From Eledone cirrhosa (taxonomy: Eukaryota): a DNA stretch of 64,000 bases. Every line of letters starts with the position of its first letter. Within the stretch, counting starts at the first letter, position 1. The position numbers and the translations under genes were made by a program. The DNA lies in NCBI GenBank assembly GCA_964016885.1, contig OZ024742.1, positions 35,464,001 to 35,528,000 on the forward strand. The letters run 5' to 3'. Below, one piece after another: positions 58,664-64,000 of the stretch. The notes below the pieces were generated by a model. It had not been told where the DNA came from, searched no databases, and saw only the letters and a list, made by a program, of their open reading frames with translations.

Positions 58664-61240
58664 AACTACATGATAGGTAAACCTCACTCACGCTGTATGT
58701 TACCTATTGTTGCTACATGATAATTAAAATCTCACTCACGCTGTATGTTACCTATTGTTGCTACATGATAATTAAAATCTCACTCACGCTGTATGTTACC
58801 TATTGTTGCAACATGATAAGTAAAACGTGACTCACGCTGTATGTTACCTATTGTTGCTACATGATAAGTAAAACGTCACTCACGCTGTATGTTACCTACT
58901 GTTGCTACATGATAAGTAAAACGTCACTCACGCTGTATGTTACCTATCGTTGCTACATCATGATAAGTAAAACGTGACTCACGCTGTATGTTACCTATTG
59001 TTGCGACATGATAAGTAAAACCTCACTCACGCTGTATGTTACCTACTGTTGCTACATGATAAGTAAAATCTCACTCACGCAGTATGTTACCTATTGTTGC
59101 TACATGATAAGTAAAACGTCACTCACGCTGTATGTTACCTATTGTTGCTACATGATAAGAAAAATCTCACTCACGCTGTATGTTACCTATTGTTGCTACA
59201 TGATAAGTAAAATCTCACTCACGCAGTATGTTACCTATTGTTGCTACATGATAAGTAAAACGTCACTCACGCTGTATGTTACCTATTGTTGCTACATGAT
59301 AAGTAAAATCTCACTCACGCAGTATGTTACCTATTGTTGCTACATGATAAGTAAAACGTCACTCACGCTGTATGTTACCTACTGTTGCTACATGATAAGT
59401 AAAATCTCACTCACGCTGTATGTTACCTACTGTTGCTACATGATAAGTAAAATCTCACTCACGCTGTATGTTACCTACTGTTGCTACATGATAAGTAAAA
59501 CATCACTCACGCAGTATGTTACCTATTGTTGCTACATGATAAGTAAAATCTCACTCACGCTGCGTGTTACCTATTGTTGCTACATGATAAGTAAAACGTC
59601 ACTCACGCTGTATGTTACCTATTGTTGCTACATGATAAGTAAAACGTCACTCACGCTGTATGTTACCTACTGTTGCTACATGATAAGTAAAATCTCACTC
59701 ACGCCGTATGTTACCTATTGTTGCTACATGATAAGTAAAACGTCACTCACGCTGTATGTTACCTACTGTTGCTACATGATAAGTAAAATCTCACTCACGC
59801 TGTATGTTACCTATTGTTGCTACATGATAAGTAAAACGTCACTCAGGCTGTGTGTCACCTATTGTTGCTACATGATAAGTAAAATCTCACTCACGCAGTA
59901 TGTTACCTATTGTTGCTACATGATAAGTAAAACGTCACTCACGCTGTATGTTACCTATTGTTGCTACATGATAAGTAAAATCTCACTCACGCTGTATGTT
60001 ACCTATTGTTGCTACATGATAAGTAAAATCTCACTCACGCAGTATGTTACCTATTGTTGCTACATGATAAGTAAAACGTCACTCACGCTGTATGTTACCT
60101 ATTGTTGCTACATGATAAGTAAAATCTCACTCACGCAGTATGTTACCTATTGTTGCTACATGATAAGTAAAACGTCACTCACGCTGTATGTTACCTACTG
60201 TTGCTACATGATAAGTAAAATCTCACTCACGCTGTATGTTATCTACTGTTGCTACATGATAAGTAAAACATCACTCACGCAGTATGTTACCTATTGTTGC
60301 TACATGATAAGTAAAATCTCACTCACGCTGCGTGTTACCTATTGTTGCTACATGATAAGTAAAACGTCACTCACGCTGTATGTTACCTATTGTTGCTACA
60401 TGATAAGTAAAACGTCACTCACGCTGTATGTTACCTACTGTTGCTACATGATAAGTAAAATCTCACTCACGCCGTATGTTACCTATTGTTGCTACATGAT
60501 AAGTAAAATCTCACTCACGCTGTATGTTACCTATTGTTGCTACATGATAAGTAAAACGTTACTCACGCTGTGTGTTACCTATTGTTGCTACATGATAAGT
60601 AAAACGTCACTCACGCTGTGTGTTACCTATTGTTGCTACATGATAAGTAAAACGTCACTCACGCTGTATGTTTCCTATTGTTGCTACATGATAAGTAAAA
60701 CCTCACTCACGCTGTATGTTACCTACTGTTGCTACATGATAAGTAAAATCTCACTCACGCTGTATGTTACCTACTGTTGCTACATGATAAGTAAAACGTC
60801 ACTCACGCTGTTTGTTACCTATTGTTGCTACATGATAAGTAAAACGTCACTCACGCAGTATGTTACTTATTGTTGCTACATGATAAGTAAAATCTTACTC
60901 ACGCTGTATGTTACCTATTGTTGCTACATGATAAGTAAAACATCACTCACGCTGTATGTTACCTATTGTTGCTACATGATAAGTAAAACGTCACTCACAC
61001 TGTATGTTACCTACTGTTGCTACATGATAAGTAAAACGTCACTCATGCTGTATGTTACCTATTGTTGCTACATGATAAGTAAAACGTCACTCACGATGTA
61101 TGTTACCAGTTGTTGCTACATTAGTAAAACCTCACTCACACTGTATGTTACCTTTTGTTGCTACATGATAAGTAAACCCTCACTAACTATGTATGTTACC
61201 TATTGTTGCTACATGTGTAAAACCTCACTCACTACGTATG
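58664..61240. repeat. 48-bp tandem satellite, about 54 copies
   Basis: ATGATAAGTAAAACGTCACTCACGCTGTATGTTACCTATTGTTGCTAC. Confidence 0.97.
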
Positions 61241-61716
61241 TTATATTAGAGCTAAGACATCACAGACTAAGACACACACACACACACACATACACACACA
61301 CACACACATAAACACACACACTCTCTCACACACACACACGCTCACACACTCACACACACACACACACATAGACACACACACACACTCACACGCACACACA
61401 CACACACACTCACACATGCTCACACACTTACACACACACACACAAACGCTCACACACACACACACACTCACAGACTCACACACCCACATACACACACTCA
61501 GACACACTCACACACACACTCCCACACTCACACACACACACTCCCACACACATGTATAAATGTTATCACCAAGTTATCACCTCCGTTCTAGGTATCACTG
61601 CCACCCGTATTTACAAAATATCTCTTCATCACATTGGTAAAAAGAGCGTCTAAAATGTCGCTTTTTTTGCCTGCCTGCTAGAGTTGCTAACAGCCACCCC
61701 ACTCTTACACACACAC

Positions 61717-61772
<56 letters not shown>

Positions 61773-61855
61773 GTGTGTGTGTGTGTGTGCAAACATACTG
61801 ATATGTATATATTTATATATGTATATATGTATATACGTGTATATATATATATGTG

Positions 61856-61938
<83 letters not shown>

Positions 61939-62840
61939 GATATTAAACAAATGGTGTTTTTAATTTTTAATATTGATATCTGTTGTCTATTCTATGCTTG
62001 ATCGATAATCATGCAAGTGAGGCAGGAATGTTACTTTAAATGTTAATGTATATCTTATATATTTTATGTCTATATATATGTATATATGTATGTAAATATA
62101 TGTAGGGTGGAATCTTTTGTAACGCAATGAAGATTTTCATGAAATATAAGAATTTGTGGAGCATATCACGTAAGTTCACATGTGTGTCTATATTTATCAA
62201 CTTGAATTTGAGATAACCTTCTCTTTTCTCTTTTTTCTTTTTTCATGAGAATGCATATATACTTATGTTTGAAGTTTTATCTCAGATTTTGCTTATAGAC
62301 CTAAGAATTTTTAAACTAAGCATAGGGTCATTTTTTTCACACATTATGGATATGTGTCTCATTCATGAATACTGATATTTACATTATAATACCTAATTCA
62401 TAAAAATTGATAATTCAAATGGATGAGACATAATATATTTTTAATATATTTTAAATATATCATCTTTCTTTCTTTTTCTCCTCTACACTGGATGTGATTT
62501 ATGTGTCGGCTAGTTTAACTGTATCCCTTCCCTCCTTAACCTCTCACATATACGATGATCATCTGTCCAAAAGCTGCCTACTATATTTTTTCATTTCCGC
62601 AATGTATTTCTCTCTCCCATATCTCCTTCTCTCTCTATCTCGCTCTGTTGTTTTTCTTTACATACATATCTTCATCTTCTTCTTTTTTATTTACATACAT
62701 CTCTTCATCTACTTCTTTTCATCTTCGTTTTTCTTTCTATATAACTGTCATAACAGTTTCACTACCAAATCAACTTTTTAAATGGAAGTTGCATTATTAT
62801 AAGGTATGTCAAAATTATTTATAAAACAGCTTATGTATTG

Positions 62841-62906
62841 TATTTTGTCTGAGGAAGGCATACCATATTTTTAATATGATATCCCAGAAATATATATAAC
62901 GAAATA
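62841..62906 (+). ncRNA. Type I hammerhead ribozyme motif in the pseudo-LTR upstream of the Penelope ORF
   Basis: Stem I TATTTTGT/ACGAAATA, core CTGAGGA, stem II hairpin, GAAA, minimal self-complementary stem III (TATATA), AUA cleavage triplet. Confidence 0.75.
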
Positions 62907-63086
62907 AATATGGTTTTATAAATATAGTTTCCATTTGTCTAATATCGTAAACCTACTCCAGAAACTGTTGAGTGCTTTTATATCAGTTATAAAATATTTA
63001 CTCGTTGTAACCCAACAATTTTAAATAAAACTTTTGCATATATTTTGCTCCAATACCGTTGAGCGCTTTATATTATAACTGAAAAA

Positions 63087-64000
63087 ATGGAATTCTTTAA
63101 GATCTCTTCTTCTCTAAAAGACATACCTCTACCTAGAAACAAGGACTTTATTAAACAACTAATAGATAAATCAGACTCCTTTATAAGGAGAATCAGGTGG
63201 CGTGCATTCCACTTTGATAAATCTAAATCTAATGTAAATGAAAATGTCTCAGACCTAGACAGAGTCTTCAAATCTAAAAAAAATCCACCCCCCAACAAAC
63301 TTTTGAATGATTTTGAAAACGATATAATCTCTATCATACAAGGAGTCAGATTCAAGAGAAACTTCAATGGCCAGGAATATCTGAAAAGCATTAAGGATAA
63401 CATTGCGAGCTTAGAGAGAACAGAGAAGATCTTGGTGAAATCGGACAAAACCAACAACCTCTATGGAGTGGAAAAAGACATGTATAATGGCCTCATACTG
63501 AAAGAACTAAGGAAAAAGTACAAGGTAGCAGATAAGGCTGAACTTGAGAAAATGAATGTTGAGGCATCTTGTATAATGCATGAGTTGGAAATTGAGAACA
63601 AAACACAAACTTTCGTGCCCAGGAAACCCAAGATCAATATGAAAGATCACAAGAGAAATTTTGAAAATGACTTGCCATTCAGGTTGATTGCACCATCAAA
63701 ATCTGACCTGGGTAAACTTAGCAAGAACATTCTAGACAGAGTGATACAGCAAATTAAGGACTTGAATTGTTTACCTGGCTTGACCTTGTGGAAGGGAACT
63801 GGGGAGGTCATTGAGTGGTTTAATGAAATTAAATATAACAATAATAATAAATTTATTCAACTAGATATTGCTAACTACTATTCATCCATTACCCCTAATC
63901 TACTAAATAAGGCACTAAATTACGCATTCAAGCATACAGACCTAACTAGCAATGAAATGCACATTATATTATCGGCAAGGAAAACATTGATAGAATTTAA
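63087..64000 (+). mobile_element. Penelope-like retroelement ORF, N-terminal and RT region, open to the window end
   Basis: Stop-free 304-codon frame MEFFKISSSLKDIPLP...FIRRIRWRAF...ILVKSDKTNNLY...KDHK...PFRLIAPSKS...FIQLDIANYYSSI, containing the PLE DK(G/T), K-x-HK, R-L/P-I and RT motif A (D-I-x-N-Y-Y-x-S-I). Absent from the ORF track because no stop falls in the window. Confidence 0.9.

Noticed and set aside
59008-61311. 767-aa Cys/Tyr-rich ORF
   Set aside because: Pure 48-bp satellite; earlier monomers carry in-frame stops and the ORF runs out into (CA)n. No unique termini.
63068-63841. Minus-strand ORFs of 129 aa and 64 aa
   Set aside because: Antisense shadows of the Penelope RT ORF on +.

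Overview
AT-rich, microsatellite-saturated eukaryotic genomic DNA. The repeat landscape resembles an octopus (coleoid cephalopod) genome; that is an inference, not a database result. The window lies mostly within the introns of one minus-strand gene. Four of its exons have canonical GT-AG sites and matching phases (58000-57819, 46933-46783, 46258-44813, 13463-13353) and join into CUB - 12xEGF - HRM(N-half), the ectodomain of an adhesion-GPCR-like receptor. The signal peptide and GAIN/7TM exons were not found here. The introns hold tRNA-derived SINEs, mariner remnants, MITEs, a probable non-autonomous Helitron, LINE 3' fragments (R4/Dong-like, Tx1-like, RTE-like, CR1-like), tandem arrays and the 5' end of an open Penelope-like RT ORF (63087 to window end). 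The main unexplained structure is about 10 type I hammerhead-ribozyme motifs from several unrelated sequence families, mostly beside (TA)n tracts and often inside near-perfect fold-back palindromes whose axes sit at or just 5' of the ribozyme. Most ORFs in the supplied track are microsatellite artefacts.
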